Position numbers and translations under genes: made by a program. From an uncultured Gammaproteobacteria bacterium (GTDB taxonomy: Bacteria > Pseudomonadota > Gammaproteobacteria > Xanthomonadales > Xanthomonadaceae), in assembly GCA_964449135.1 (NCBI GenBank), contig CAYUXZ010000006.1, positions 301 through 64,300 of the forward strand: a stretch of 64,000 bases of DNA, read 5' to 3'. This document shows positions 45,004-57,578 of this stretch, one piece after another (position 1 is the stretch's first letter; each line of letters starts with the position of its first letter). The notes below the pieces were generated by a model. That model had not been told where the DNA came from and made no database searches. It saw only the letters and a list, made by a program, of their open reading frames with translations.

Positions 45004-45690
45004 GTGCTTGAACGCATGGAATGGCAGCCCGTCACGCTCCCCGAACTGACCCGTGCACGCACGCTGCAGCGTGACGGACTGCATGTCTGGTGGTGGCCCG
45101 AAGCGCTGCAGCCGATCGCGGCATCACGCAGGCAACGCACGGATCTCGTATTGCGTTACCTGCTCGCGCCGTACTTGCAGATTCCGCCGGATGCGCTGCG
45201 CTTCGGCCGTGAAGCCAAGGGTCGTCCATTCCTGTTGCACGCGGATGCGCCGGATTTCAATTTCAGCGACACGCGCGGCGGCAGCGTGCTCGCAGTCGCC
45301 GCGAACGGACGCGTGGGCATCGACATCGAGCGCCGCGATCGCGCGCCGCCCGTGCTCGCACTCGCCGAGCGCTGGTTCGCGCCGGACGAGGCGGCGACCC
45401 TGCGCGCGTGCGCCGAGCGCGACGAGAACATCGCACGGCTCGCCTTCCTGCGCGCATGGACCGCGAAGGAAGCCTCCTGCAAGGCCACCGGTACCGGCAT
45501 CTACTCGTGGCTGCCAGCGTGGCGGTTCGCGATCGAAGCCGAAACGCCGGTGCCTATCGCGTTGCCTCCCAGTGCCGGAGACGCGGCGCGCTGGACGTTC
45601 AGGCGGCTCGTACCGGCGGACACGCACACGGTCGCGCTCGCCTGTTTCGACGCACCGCACATTCCGCGCTGTTTTTCCGTCGTCGAGTAA
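45004..45690 (+). CDS. 4'-phosphopantetheinyl transferase (Sfp/EntD type)
   Basis: GRPFL, FNFSDT, GIDIE and WTAKEASCKATG motifs. The start is either GTG 45004 or ATG 45016. Confidence 0.8.
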   Translation: MLERMEWQPVTLPELTRARTLQRDGLHVWWWPEALQPIAASRRQRTDLVLRYLLAPYLQIPPDALRFGREAKGRPFLLHADAPDFNFSDTRGGSVLAVAANGRVGIDIERRDRAPPVLALAERWFAPDEAATLRACAERDENIARLAFLRAWTAKEASCKATGTGIYSWLPAWRFAIEAETPVPIALPPSAGDAARWTFRRLVPADTHTVALACFDAPHIPRCFSVVE

Positions 45691-45693
45691 GGA

Positions 45694-48549
45694 TCAGGCC
45701 GCGGCGGCGACGCGGTTGCGGCCGCGCCGCTTGGCTTCGTAGAGCATCTCGTCGGCGATGCGTAGCAGCGCCTCGGCATCGCCCGCGTCCTGCGGCACCT
45801 GCGACGCAACGCCGATGCTGACGGTGACCATCGATTCGCCGCCGTCGAACAGCCTGCGCAACTGCTCCGCGCGTTGCTGCGCGCCATCCTTCGCCACGCC
45901 TGGCAGCAACAGGCAGAATTCCTCGCCGCCGTAGCGTGCGAGCAATTCACGTTGCGGATCGTGTCCTTCGGACAGTTTCCGGGCGACGGTTTTCAGCACC
46001 ACGTCGCCGGCGAGGTGGCCGTGCCGGTCGTTGTACTGCTTGAAATGGTCTACGTCGATCATCAGCAACGCGATCGGCGTGCGCTGGTCGAGGCAGCGCC
46101 GCCATTCGCGCTGCAGGCCGGTTTCCAGCGCACGGCGGTTGGCGACGCCGGTCAGGCTGTCTTCGGTCGCCAGCTCGCCGAGCTTGCGGTTCGCGACCTC
46201 CAGGTCGGCCGTACGTTCGGCGATTTTCTGCTCGAGCTGCTGCTGCCGGTACGCGTAGATCCGGGCTTGGCGGTGTTCGCGCCACCGCATCAGCAGCAGC
46301 AGCGCGAGCAGGAACCCCAGCGCGGCGAGCAACCGCACGAGGGTGATCTGGTACCAGCGCGGCGCGATCGAAAAGGCGTAGTGCAGCGGTTCCACCTGGC
46401 GTCCGCTCGGCGTGCGGGCCTGCACTTCGATGTCGTACTTGCCCGGCTGGTCGAGTCCGGAAAAACCCAGCGTGGGCAATTCGCGCCAGTTGGTGTAGCC
46501 GGCGGTCAGGCCTGGCACGCGATAGCGGTATTCCACGCCCGGCTCCGGGCTGAACACCGAGAACTGCAGGCTGATCGCTTGATCCTGGGTGTATTCGTCT
46601 GGCGCATGAGCGCCCAGAGGCAGGCTCTTGCTGCTGCCGTCCGCGTCGATCCGATTGATCGCCGTCAATCGTACCGCCAGCGGTGCCGACGGCGGTGCCG
46701 CCTTGTCATCGGGACGGTACTGCAGCAGCGAACGCCAGACGCTCAATCGCAGCACGCCATCGCTGCCGTAACGCAACACGCTTTGCGAAGCCTGGTTCTG
46801 CGCGCCGAAATCCTCGCGCTTCCAATGCCCATCCGCGCCACGGCGGTACAGGCGGCTGCCGGTGTACGCGAACACACCGGCCGGCGTGCTCAGGATCTGG
46901 AAGGCGTTCGGGCTCTGCATGAAGGAGAACGGCTCGCCCGTGAACGGAACGAAGGCGCGGCCATCGAAACGGAACGCCTGCTTGCCGATCCCGACATAGA
47001 CCGCGTCGACGAACGCATACACCTGCGGCGCCAGGTTCGGATCCTGGGTGTAGCCGGGAGCATCGAGCCGGAACCGCTCGCGCTCGAGCAACTTCGCTCC
47101 GACCGGGTCGATCCGCCAACGTTCCGGCAGGCCGCGCGAGTTGTTGACCCAGAGCTCGCCCGCCGCGGTTTCGATCACCGTCTGCGACGCCAATTCGGGC
47201 GCGGGCAGCAGCGCGGCGAGCCGCCATTGATGCTCCTTGCGGCGCAGCACGAACACACCTTCGTCGCCAGGTGCGTACGCGAGGTCGTGGTCGTAGCGCG
47301 AACGCACGATCGAATAGACCGGCTGCTGGTGGTTGACGAGTTCGGTTTTCTTCCCGTCGTCGGCGATGACGTCGATGCCCTCGCCTTGCGCGACCAGCAG
47401 GCCGTCCTCGGTGCTAACCAGGTTGAAGACCTGCTTGCGGTGTTCCGAATCGATCCATTCGGTCTTGCGCGCGCCGTTGTCGTCGGACATGCGCACCAGC
47501 CCCAGCGAGCCCACCGCGAGCCAGAGCGCGCCGCGATGCAGCTCCGCATCGGCGACCACGCCGCCCAGGTCGCCGACGTCGATGCGCGACCACGGCGAGG
47601 GGATCTGCAACCGCGCCAGTTCGTCCTCGCTGACCGACCATAGGCCGTGGTCGGTGTCGTAATACAGGCCGGCGATGCTCGCGCGCGCGATCTTGTGCCT
47701 TGAAAGCAGGTGCGCGCCATCGTCGAAGTCGAGCAGGTCCCCGGTATTCGTCGCGACCACGAACCCGCCGTCGGGCAACTTGAGAATGTTGACGAAAATG
47801 CCCGCGTCGGCGGGAAGCGCCGGCACATCCAGCGCGCTCACGTGGCCGTCGCGCAAGCGGTAGAAACCGCCGACCGACAGAAGCAGCGCGCTATCGCCCT
47901 CGTCGATCAGGTCAATGCCGCGGTGACCTTTCATTGCTTCGCCGCCGGGCACCGGCGCCAGCTTGCCGTCCTCGAAGTGGCGCAAGCCCGCGTCCTTGTC
48001 GAGGTTGTACAACCCTCCATGCCAACCGCTGACGGAGCCTTCCTTCTCCGCCAGTGGCCATTGCCGGTGCGCGCCGCGGAAGCTGTAGAACAGCAGTCGG
48101 TTCTGCGCACGGAAATACACGCCGTCCTCGACCGCGACGATCGAAGACATCCAGCCCAACGCCCGATCCGCGCCCTTGAGCCCGAACGCGTCGCGCAGGT
48201 CGTGATAAACAGCGCGGCCGTCGGCAGCGGCTTCGATCCAGCCGAAGCTGTCGTAACCATCCAGATAGACGCGACCATCGCGCCCGCGCACGATCGTGGC
48301 GGCGCCCATGCCGCCGGGCAGCGGGATCGTCTCCCATTCGCGGCCCTGCATCCGCAGCATGCCGTCGCTATTGCCGATGTACAGGCGCCCCTCGGCGTCG
48401 CCGCCAATGCTGTACAGGTACGGTGTGGCCTTGAAGTCCGCGGGCGTGAACCGTTGCAGCAGCGGATCGCCCGGAAACGCGCCGGCGCCGGCGCAGCACA
48501 GCCACGCCGCTGCCAGGCTTCCCAGGATCGCCCGTATCACCCCTGCCAT
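45694..48549 (-). CDS. diguanylate cyclase with periplasmic beta-propeller/Y_Y_Y sensor region
   Basis: Signal-like start MAGVIRAILGSLAAAWLCCAGAGA (ATG 48549). Long repeat-rich N-terminal region, YRYRVPGLTAGYTNW (Y_Y_Y-like), a TM, a coiled coil, then GGDEF (RYGGEEFCLLLPG). Confidence 0.8.
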   Translation of the reverse strand: MAGVIRAILGSLAAAWLCCAGAGAFPGDPLLQRFTPADFKATPYLYSIGGDAEGRLYIGNSDGMLRMQGREWETIPLPGGMGAATIVRGRDGRVYLDGYDSFGWIEAAADGRAVYHDLRDAFGLKGADRALGWMSSIVAVEDGVYFRAQNRLLFYSFRGAHRQWPLAEKEGSVSGWHGGLYNLDKDAGLRHFEDGKLAPVPGGEAMKGHRGIDLIDEGDSALLLSVGGFYRLRDGHVSALDVPALPADAGIFVNILKLPDGGFVVATNTGDLLDFDDGAHLLSRHKIARASIAGLYYDTDHGLWSVSEDELARLQIPSPWSRIDVGDLGGVVADAELHRGALWLAVGSLGLVRMSDDNGARKTEWIDSEHRKQVFNLVSTEDGLLVAQGEGIDVIADDGKKTELVNHQQPVYSIVRSRYDHDLAYAPGDEGVFVLRRKEHQWRLAALLPAPELASQTVIETAAGELWVNNSRGLPERWRIDPVGAKLLERERFRLDAPGYTQDPNLAPQVYAFVDAVYVGIGKQAFRFDGRAFVPFTGEPFSFMQSPNAFQILSTPAGVFAYTGSRLYRRGADGHWKREDFGAQNQASQSVLRYGSDGVLRLSVWRSLLQYRPDDKAAPPSAPLAVRLTAINRIDADGSSKSLPLGAHAPDEYTQDQAISLQFSVFSPEPGVEYRYRVPGLTAGYTNWRELPTLGFSGLDQPGKYDIEVQARTPSGRQVEPLHYAFSIAPRWYQITLVRLLAALGFLLALLLLMRWREHRQARIYAYRQQQLEQKIAERTADLEVANRKLGELATEDSLTGVANRRALETGLQREWRRCLDQRTPIALLMIDVDHFKQYNDRHGHLAGDVVLKTVARKLSEGHDPQRELLARYGGEEFCLLLPGVAKDGAQQRAEQLRRLFDGGESMVTVSIGVASQVPQDAGDAEALLRIADEMLYEAKRRGRNRVAAAA

Positions 48550-48756
48550 CGACGCAGTATGCGGCGCGAAACGCCGCAATTGAAGGCCACGCAAGGCTTT
48601 CCGCGGCGATAGCACCGTGTTTTTTCGGGTTGTGTGAACCCGGTCACGCCCGACGGCTCGGTGCGCGCGCCGTCGATTCCCATGGCGTCACGCGAAGGAC
48701 GCGCGGTCGCCAACGGGCGCCGGTTCCGGATCCCGGCGAACTGCTAGGCTAACCCG

Positions 48757-49524
48757 ATGCGCGAATCGGGCACGCTGCTGAGCGTCAACCTCAACAAGAT
48801 CGCGGTGCTGCGCAATTCGCGCGGAGGCGGACGACCCGACCTTCGTCGCGCGGCCGAGACCGTGATTGCCGCCGGCGCCGGCGGCATCACGGTGCATCCG
48901 CGGCCCGACCAGCGCCATATCCGCCCGGACGATGTGCTGCTGCTCGCCGAGATTTGCCACGGCCGCGTCGAGTTCAACATCGAAGGCAACCCGTTCGCGC
49001 CCGCGCGCGGCGGTTACCCGGGATTGCTGCGCTTGGCCGAGCTCGCGCGTCCGGACCAGGTGACTTTCGTCCCGGATGGCGACGGGCAGATCACCTCCGA
49101 CCACGGATTCGACCTGTCTCGCGATGGCGGACGCCTGGTCCCGGTGATCCGTTCGCACGTGGATCTGGACTGCCGCGTGTCGTTGTTCATGGATTGCGAT
49201 TCGCCCGACATCGAGCGCGCCGCGGAAATGGGCGCGTCGCGGATCGAGCTGTACACCGGGCCTTATGCGCTGGCGCACGCGAATGGCAATGCCGCGCACG
49301 AACTCGCTCTGTGCGCGCAAGCCGCGCGGCGTGCGCGTGCGGTCGGGCTCGGCGTCAACGCCGGCCACGACCTCGATCAGGCGAATCTGGGCGACCTGCT
49401 GCGCGCCGCGCCGGAAATCGCCGAAGTGTCGATCGGGCACGCGCTGATCGACGAGGCGCTCTACGCCGGACTCGAGGCGACCGTCGCCGGCTACTTGCAG
49501 GTTATCTCCGCGGCGCGCGCCTGA
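48757..49524 (+). CDS. pdxJ: pyridoxine 5'-phosphate synthase
   Basis: 255 aa. [43 protein letters not shown]. Confidence 0.95.
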   Translation: MRESGTLLSVNLNKIAVLRNSRGGGRPDLRRAAETVIAAGAGGITVHPRPDQRHIRPDDVLLLAEICHGRVEFNIEGNPFAPARGGYPGLLRLAELARPDQVTFVPDGDGQITSDHGFDLSRDGGRLVPVIRSHVDLDCRVSLFMDCDSPDIERAAEMGASRIELYTGPYALAHANGNAAHELALCAQAARRARAVGLGVNAGHDLDQANLGDLLRAAPEIAEVSIGHALIDEALYAGLEATVAGYLQVISAARA

Positions 49525-49556
49525 GCAGCAACGAGGGTGTCGCGCCGAAGCTAGGA

Positions 49557-49970
49557 TCAGCGCCTGCTGTCGTCAACGAACCCGATCCGGACCAACCCCG
49601 CGTTTTTCGCGTCTGCGAGCACGCTCGCGAGAACCGCATACTGCGCGTCGCGGTCGGCGTCGATCTCGATCACCGGTTGCTGTTGCGGAACGGCATAGCG
49701 TTCGGCTTCGACTTTCATCACGCCGGGCAACGCGACCAAAGGCACTGCGCTGTCGTTCCAGGTGATCGCGCCGTCCGCAGCGATCTTCAATGCGATGGAT
49801 TGTGCGGGCGGCGGAAGATGCGGGCCGACCTGCGGCAGTTCCACGCCGATCGGATAGGTCCGCGGCGGCATCGTGATCATGAAGATCACGAGTAGCACCA
49901 GCATCACGTCGACCAGCGGCGTGATGTTCATCTCCACCATCCGCCCCGTGCTGCCACTTGCGAAAGCCAT
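49557..49970 (-). CDS. exbD: ExbD/TolR-family protein, third copy
   Basis: 137 aa from the ATG at 49970 (GGGAGAA SD). MNITPLVDVMLVLLVIFMITMPP has the conserved TM Asp. About 60% identical by eye to the adjacent copy at 50094..50516. Confidence 0.85.
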   Translation of the reverse strand: MAFASGSTGRMVEMNITPLVDVMLVLLVIFMITMPPRTYPIGVELPQVGPHLPPPAQSIALKIAADGAITWNDSAVPLVALPGVMKVEAERYAVPQQQPVIEIDADRDAQYAVLASVLADAKNAGLVRIGFVDDSRR

Positions 49971-50043
49971 GGCGTTCTCCCGCGACCGGGTTCTGCCAAC
50001 CCTACTGCGATTCGATGCGCGCTGGTAGCCCCTTTTCCGCGAC

Positions 50044-50073
50044 AAACAAAAAAGGCCGCTCGAGGGCGGCCTT
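50044..50073 (-). terminator. rho-independent terminator between exbD copy 2 and copy 3
   Basis: The minus strand reads AAGGCCGC-CCTCGA-GCGGCCTT followed by TTTTTTGTTT, starting ~20 nt after the exbD (50094) stop. Confidence 0.8.
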
Positions 50074-50093
50074 CAGTTGATTGACGCGACAAG

Positions 50094-50516
50094 TTATTTC
50101 TGGCCGTTGTCCACGAATCCGATCTTGACCAAGCCCGCGTTCTTCGCGTCCGCGAGGACCAGCGCGAGAGTGTCGTAGGTGGCGTCCTGGTCGGCGTCGA
50201 TCTGGATCACCGGCTGGTCGGCCTCGTTGGTGTAGCGTTCGGCCTCGACCCTCATGACGCCGGTAAGCGCGCTCATCGGGGTCACCGCGTTGTTCCACGT
50301 GACCTGGCCGTTCGCGTCGATCCGCAGGTCGATCGGATTGGCTTTCACGGGGGGCGGCGGAATCTTCGAGGGCTGCGGCAGGTCCACGCCGAGCGGATAG
50401 GTTTCCGGCGGCATCGTGACCATGAAGATGATCAGCAGCACGAGCAGCACGTCCACAAGGGGCGTGACGTTCATGTCCACCAACGGTCCGTTGCTGTTGC
50501 CTGTGGAAAATGCCAT
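50094..50516 (-). CDS. exbD: ExbD/TolR-family protein, second copy
   Basis: 140 aa. MNVTPLVDVLLVLLIIFMVTMPP. Confidence 0.9.
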   Translation of the reverse strand: MAFSTGNSNGPLVDMNVTPLVDVLLVLLIIFMVTMPPETYPLGVDLPQPSKIPPPPVKANPIDLRIDANGQVTWNNAVTPMSALTGVMRVEAERYTNEADQPVIQIDADQDATYDTLALVLADAKNAGLVKIGFVDNGQK

Positions 50517-50537
50517 GACGGGATGCTCGCGCGCTCG

Positions 50538-50963
50538 TTAGAAGTGATGCTGGCCATGCGGGGCCGAAACGAAACCGACCTTCAGCACGCCGGCGTTCTT
50601 GGCGGTGCGGACCACCGACCAGATCGTGCCGTAGCGCGTGGTCTTGTCGCCGCGGACGTCCACCTCGGGCTGCGGTTCGCGCTGCGCGATCGTGCCGAGG
50701 TTCTGCTCGAGCTTGGCCTGGTCCACCGGCTCGTCATTCCAGTACAGGCTGCCGTCGGACTTGACGGTGACCGTGACCGGCGGCTGCTTGAGCGGATCGG
50801 GTTTCTTGCTGAGCACCGCGTTGGGCAGCTTCACCTCGATCTTGTGCTTCATCAGCGGGGTGGTGATCATGAAGATGATCAGCAGCACCAGCATCACGTC
50901 CACGAGGGGCGTGACGTTGATCGAGGCCATGGGGCCGCCGCTGTCGTTGCTGCTGAAGGCCAT
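50538..50963 (-). CDS. exbD: ExbD/TolR-family protein, first copy
   Basis: 141 aa. INVTPLVDVMLVLLIIFMITTPL. More divergent from the other two copies. Confidence 0.9.
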   Translation of the reverse strand: MAFSSNDSGGPMASINVTPLVDVMLVLLIIFMITTPLMKHKIEVKLPNAVLSKKPDPLKQPPVTVTVKSDGSLYWNDEPVDQAKLEQNLGTIAQREPQPEVDVRGDKTTRYGTIWSVVRTAKNAGVLKVGFVSAPHGQHHF

Positions 50964-50994
50964 TTTCCGGCTCCGTTACGTGTCCCGTCGACGC

Positions 50995-51774
50995 TTACGC
51001 GCCGACGCGGGAACCGGTCGCGAAGAAGTCGTGCAGGTCGTGCGCGAACGCATCGAACTGCGAGTTGGTCACGCGGTTCTGGCGCACGAAGAAGTTGTAC
51101 GCGAGCACCGCGGGAATCGCGACGAACAGGCCGAGCGCGGTCATGATCAGCGCCTCGCCCACCGGGCCGGCTACCGCGCCGATCGAGGATTCACCCGATT
51201 GGCCGATGCTGATCAGCGCGTGGTAGATGCCCCAGACGGTGCCGAGCAGGCCCACGAACGGCGCGGTCGAGCCGACCGTGGCGAGCAGGGTCAGGCCGTT
51301 CTCGAGGCCTTCGCTTTCGCGGCTCACGGCCTGGCGCAGGGCGCGGTCAATGAACTCCGATCGGTTCAACGCGCCGGTCAGGCGGCCGCCTTCGTTGCGC
51401 TGGTGGTGCGCGGCGGCTTCGGCGCAGTCGAGCGCGATCTTCGAGAAAGGCTCGCTCTTGGGCTGCTGCTCCATGAACTGGATCGCGTCCTGCGCGTTCG
51501 GGGTTTCCCAGAACGTGCGGATCACCTTGTCGGTGCGCGCGCGGATGCGCACGTTCCGGAAGATGTTGACCATCATGTAGAACAGCGAGCCCATCGACAT
51601 CGTGACCAGCACGATGAACACCAGCAGGCCGACGACGTTGTCGCCGGATGTGAAGGTGCCCCACATGTGGCCGAAGCCGATGTTGTTGAAGCCTTCGGCC
51701 GCCGATGCCGCGGGCGCAGCCGCCGGGGTGGTGGCCGCAGCGGCCGTCGTGGTGTTGGGATCCTGCAGCATCAT
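50995..51774 (-). CDS. exbB: MotA/TolQ/ExbB proton-channel protein
   Basis: 259 aa. LATVGSTAPFVGLLGTVWGI and GEALIMTALGLFVAIPAVLAYN. Confidence 0.9.
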   Translation of the reverse strand: MMLQDPNTTTAAAATTPAAAPAASAAEGFNNIGFGHMWGTFTSGDNVVGLLVFIVLVTMSMGSLFYMMVNIFRNVRIRARTDKVIRTFWETPNAQDAIQFMEQQPKSEPFSKIALDCAEAAAHHQRNEGGRLTGALNRSEFIDRALRQAVSRESEGLENGLTLLATVGSTAPFVGLLGTVWGIYHALISIGQSGESSIGAVAGPVGEALIMTALGLFVAIPAVLAYNFFVRQNRVTNSQFDAFAHDLHDFFATGSRVGA

Positions 51775-51810
51775 GGCCTGGCCTTTAGGTTGAGTCGGTG
51801 TTGGTTGGGG

Positions 51811-52482
51811 TTACTGGTTGGGATTGGTGAAATCGACGGGAACACGCGCGGTGCTCGGCACGCGTCGGCCGTTTTCCATCTTCGGCGTAAACCGCCATTT
51901 CATCGCAGCGTCCTTCGCAGCACGCTCGAAATGCGTGTTGTGGCAGCCTTTTTCGGTGTTGACCCCGGTCGGTTCGCCGTCCTCATTGACGCTCACGAGC
52001 AACACGAGCGAACACGACTCGCCGTTGTTGAGCTCCTCGCGCGGGAAATCCGGCATGTGCTTGAGCTTCCACGCGATGTCCACGGCCGCTTCGACCGTCT
52101 GCGCGGCAACCGGCGGTGCCGGCGGCGCCGGCGGCGGCGCCTCCTTCGACATGAAGTTCGGCGTATCGGTAACAACCGGCGGGGTCGGTGGCGGCGGCGG
52201 GATGTTCCGCTGCGGCGGCGGCGGCACTTCCTTGGGCGGCGGCGCCTTGACCTGCTCCGGCGGCGGCGGCGGCGGCGGCGGCGGCTTCGGCGGCGGCTCG
52301 ATGATCGTCGCGTTGGTCTTCTGGCTCTGGTCCTTGTCCTGCTCCGGTGCCGCGGGCGGTACCAGCAGCATCATGAACAACGCCGCCTCGACGGTGATCG
52401 CGAATGCGATGCCGGCGACTCGCCCCCAATTCAACGTCTCGGGCAGGTTGTCGTAGCGGGATTGGAAGGTCGTTTGCGTCAT
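51811..52482 (-). CDS. tonB: energy transducer TonB
   Basis: 223 aa. N-terminal TM, Pro-rich spacer (PPPKPPPPPPPPPEQVKAPPPKEVPPPP), C-terminal TonB domain. Confidence 0.9.
   Translation of the reverse strand: MTQTTFQSRYDNLPETLNWGRVAGIAFAITVEAALFMMLLVPPAAPEQDKDQSQKTNATIIEPPPKPPPPPPPPPEQVKAPPPKEVPPPPQRNIPPPPPTPPVVTDTPNFMSKEAPPPAPPAPPVAAQTVEAAVDIAWKLKHMPDFPREELNNGESCSLVLLVSVNEDGEPTGVNTEKGCHNTHFERAAKDAAMKWRFTPKMENGRRVPSTARVPVDFTNPNQ
52259..52285. repeat. (GGC)9 trinucleotide repeat encoding Pro9 in TonB spacer
   Basis: Counted by hand: nine uninterrupted GGC units (CCG/GCC codons on the coding strand). Confidence 0.95.
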
Positions 52483-52615
52483 GCGCTGAGTGGGCGTCGG
52501 GTGCGTGCGGCCGTTTTCCTTCGGGTCCGCCCCTGCTTTTGCGGGTGCGGGAAATTACAAGCTTATCGCAAACCCGCAAGGCGTCAAACACCGGGGCTTG
52601 GTTCTGCCATGGGAG

Positions 52616-53842
52616 TCACTTTTTCTTGCCGGACTTCCTCGCCTGCGCGCCTGCCTCGTTGAGCAGCGCCCGTGCTTCATCGGGCTGCTTGATTCCCTTC
52701 TGCAACGCCCGCTCGGCCATCGCCTTGGCTTCGGCCGCGCGCCGGTCGTTGTGGTAGATCTTCGCAAGGTTCAGGGCGGCTTCGCCGTCGGTCGAGGCTG
52801 CGTCGGCCTTTTTGTAGGCCTCGATCGCCTGCTCCTCCTGCCCGCCGAAATAATAATCCTCGGCCAATGCGGTCAGCACCTCCCGGTTCGGCTGCAGGAT
52901 GCCTTTTTGCAGTCCGTCGTTGATGGTCGCGATGCTGTCCTTTTCGTGTCCCTTCAGGGTCGAATACAGGGCGTAAAGCCGGCGGTAATCGTTCGCGCTG
53001 GTGAGCAACCCGCGCTTGCGCGCGTCGTCGAGCAACGCGGCGGCCTTGTCGTCCTGCCCTGCCTGCTGATAGACGGAGGCCACGTTGAGGATCGCGTCCT
53101 TGTCGTCCGGATGCGCGCGCAGGATGGCTTGCGCGATCGGTTCGGCGCGCTCGGGCTGCTTGAGGTTGAAATAGCAGATCAGCAGCAGTTGTTGCGCGTT
53201 CGGATCGGGGTGCTGCGGATTCGCGTCCAACGACTTCTGCAGCGCTTGCGCCGCGGCCGCGTAATCCTTCTTGTTGTAGGCAACCTGCGCGCGCAACGCG
53301 TCGTATTCTGGCTTGTCCTGCTTGGTTTCGGTGACGAGTCGATCGAGCATTGCCAGGCCTGCATCGGGCTGGCCGGCGCGGATCTCCACATTCGCCAATT
53401 GCAGCATCAGGCCGAAGTGCTCGTTGTTCGGCAACGCGTCTTGCGCGATCGCTTTCTGCAGGCTATCGATCCCGTGGGCGCTGTCGTTCTTGTGCAGATA
53501 CGCGTAGCCGAGGATCTCGTACGCCAGCGCGCGATCGTAGTTGTTCGCGTCGTGCTGGGCAGCGAGTTTCTCGCCCTGCGTGATCACGGCATCGTCCTGG
53601 GACTTGCTGTTGACCATCTTCAGCAGCTTGCCGAGCGCTTCGTCCATGTCGGTGGTCGATGCGCCGGCCTTGGGATCGGTGCGTGTGGCGTTGGGATACA
53701 GGGGAACGACTTTGTCGCGCTTCTTCACCACCGGTTTGTCGGCGTTGCCTGCCGCATCGTACTGGGCCAACGCGACCGGCATCGCCAACGCGCCGATCGC
53801 GGTCGCCAATGCAAGCAGCTTCAGCGGGTGGGTTTTGCGCAT
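52616..53842 (-). CDS. periplasmic TPR-repeat protein upstream of tonB
   Basis: 408 aa. Signal peptide MRKTHPLKLLALATAIGALAMPVALA, then repeated TPR-like helices. GGAGAA SD. Confidence 0.75.
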   Translation of the reverse strand: MRKTHPLKLLALATAIGALAMPVALAQYDAAGNADKPVVKKRDKVVPLYPNATRTDPKAGASTTDMDEALGKLLKMVNSKSQDDAVITQGEKLAAQHDANNYDRALAYEILGYAYLHKNDSAHGIDSLQKAIAQDALPNNEHFGLMLQLANVEIRAGQPDAGLAMLDRLVTETKQDKPEYDALRAQVAYNKKDYAAAAQALQKSLDANPQHPDPNAQQLLLICYFNLKQPERAEPIAQAILRAHPDDKDAILNVASVYQQAGQDDKAAALLDDARKRGLLTSANDYRRLYALYSTLKGHEKDSIATINDGLQKGILQPNREVLTALAEDYYFGGQEEQAIEAYKKADAASTDGEAALNLAKIYHNDRRAAEAKAMAERALQKGIKQPDEARALLNEAGAQARKSGKKK

Positions 53843-53936
53843 GGGGTTCTCCGCCGAAAGGCTTGTGGATTGTGTAGATCGGGTTTGACAGGCTAATCGC
53901 TACCGGTGCTTCGATTCAAGCCGCTCCATGCAGTTG

Positions 53937-57535
<3,599 letters not shown>

Positions 57536-57578
57536 GATCGGAGGCCGGTCGTTCGGGAACGGCCGGATGCGACATGGG

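Noticed and set aside
49985-50010. TTGGCAG...GTCGC upstream of exbD copy 3 as a possible sigma-54 promoter
   Set aside because: After TGGCAG the spacing puts GGTC, not TTGC, at the -12 position. The GC dinucleotide is out of register.
52483-52615. Possible Fur box (GCGATAAGCTTGTAATTTC on the minus strand) upstream of tonB
   Set aside because: It matches only a few positions of the 19-bp GATAATGATAATCATTATC consensus. That is too weak to call without a PWM score.
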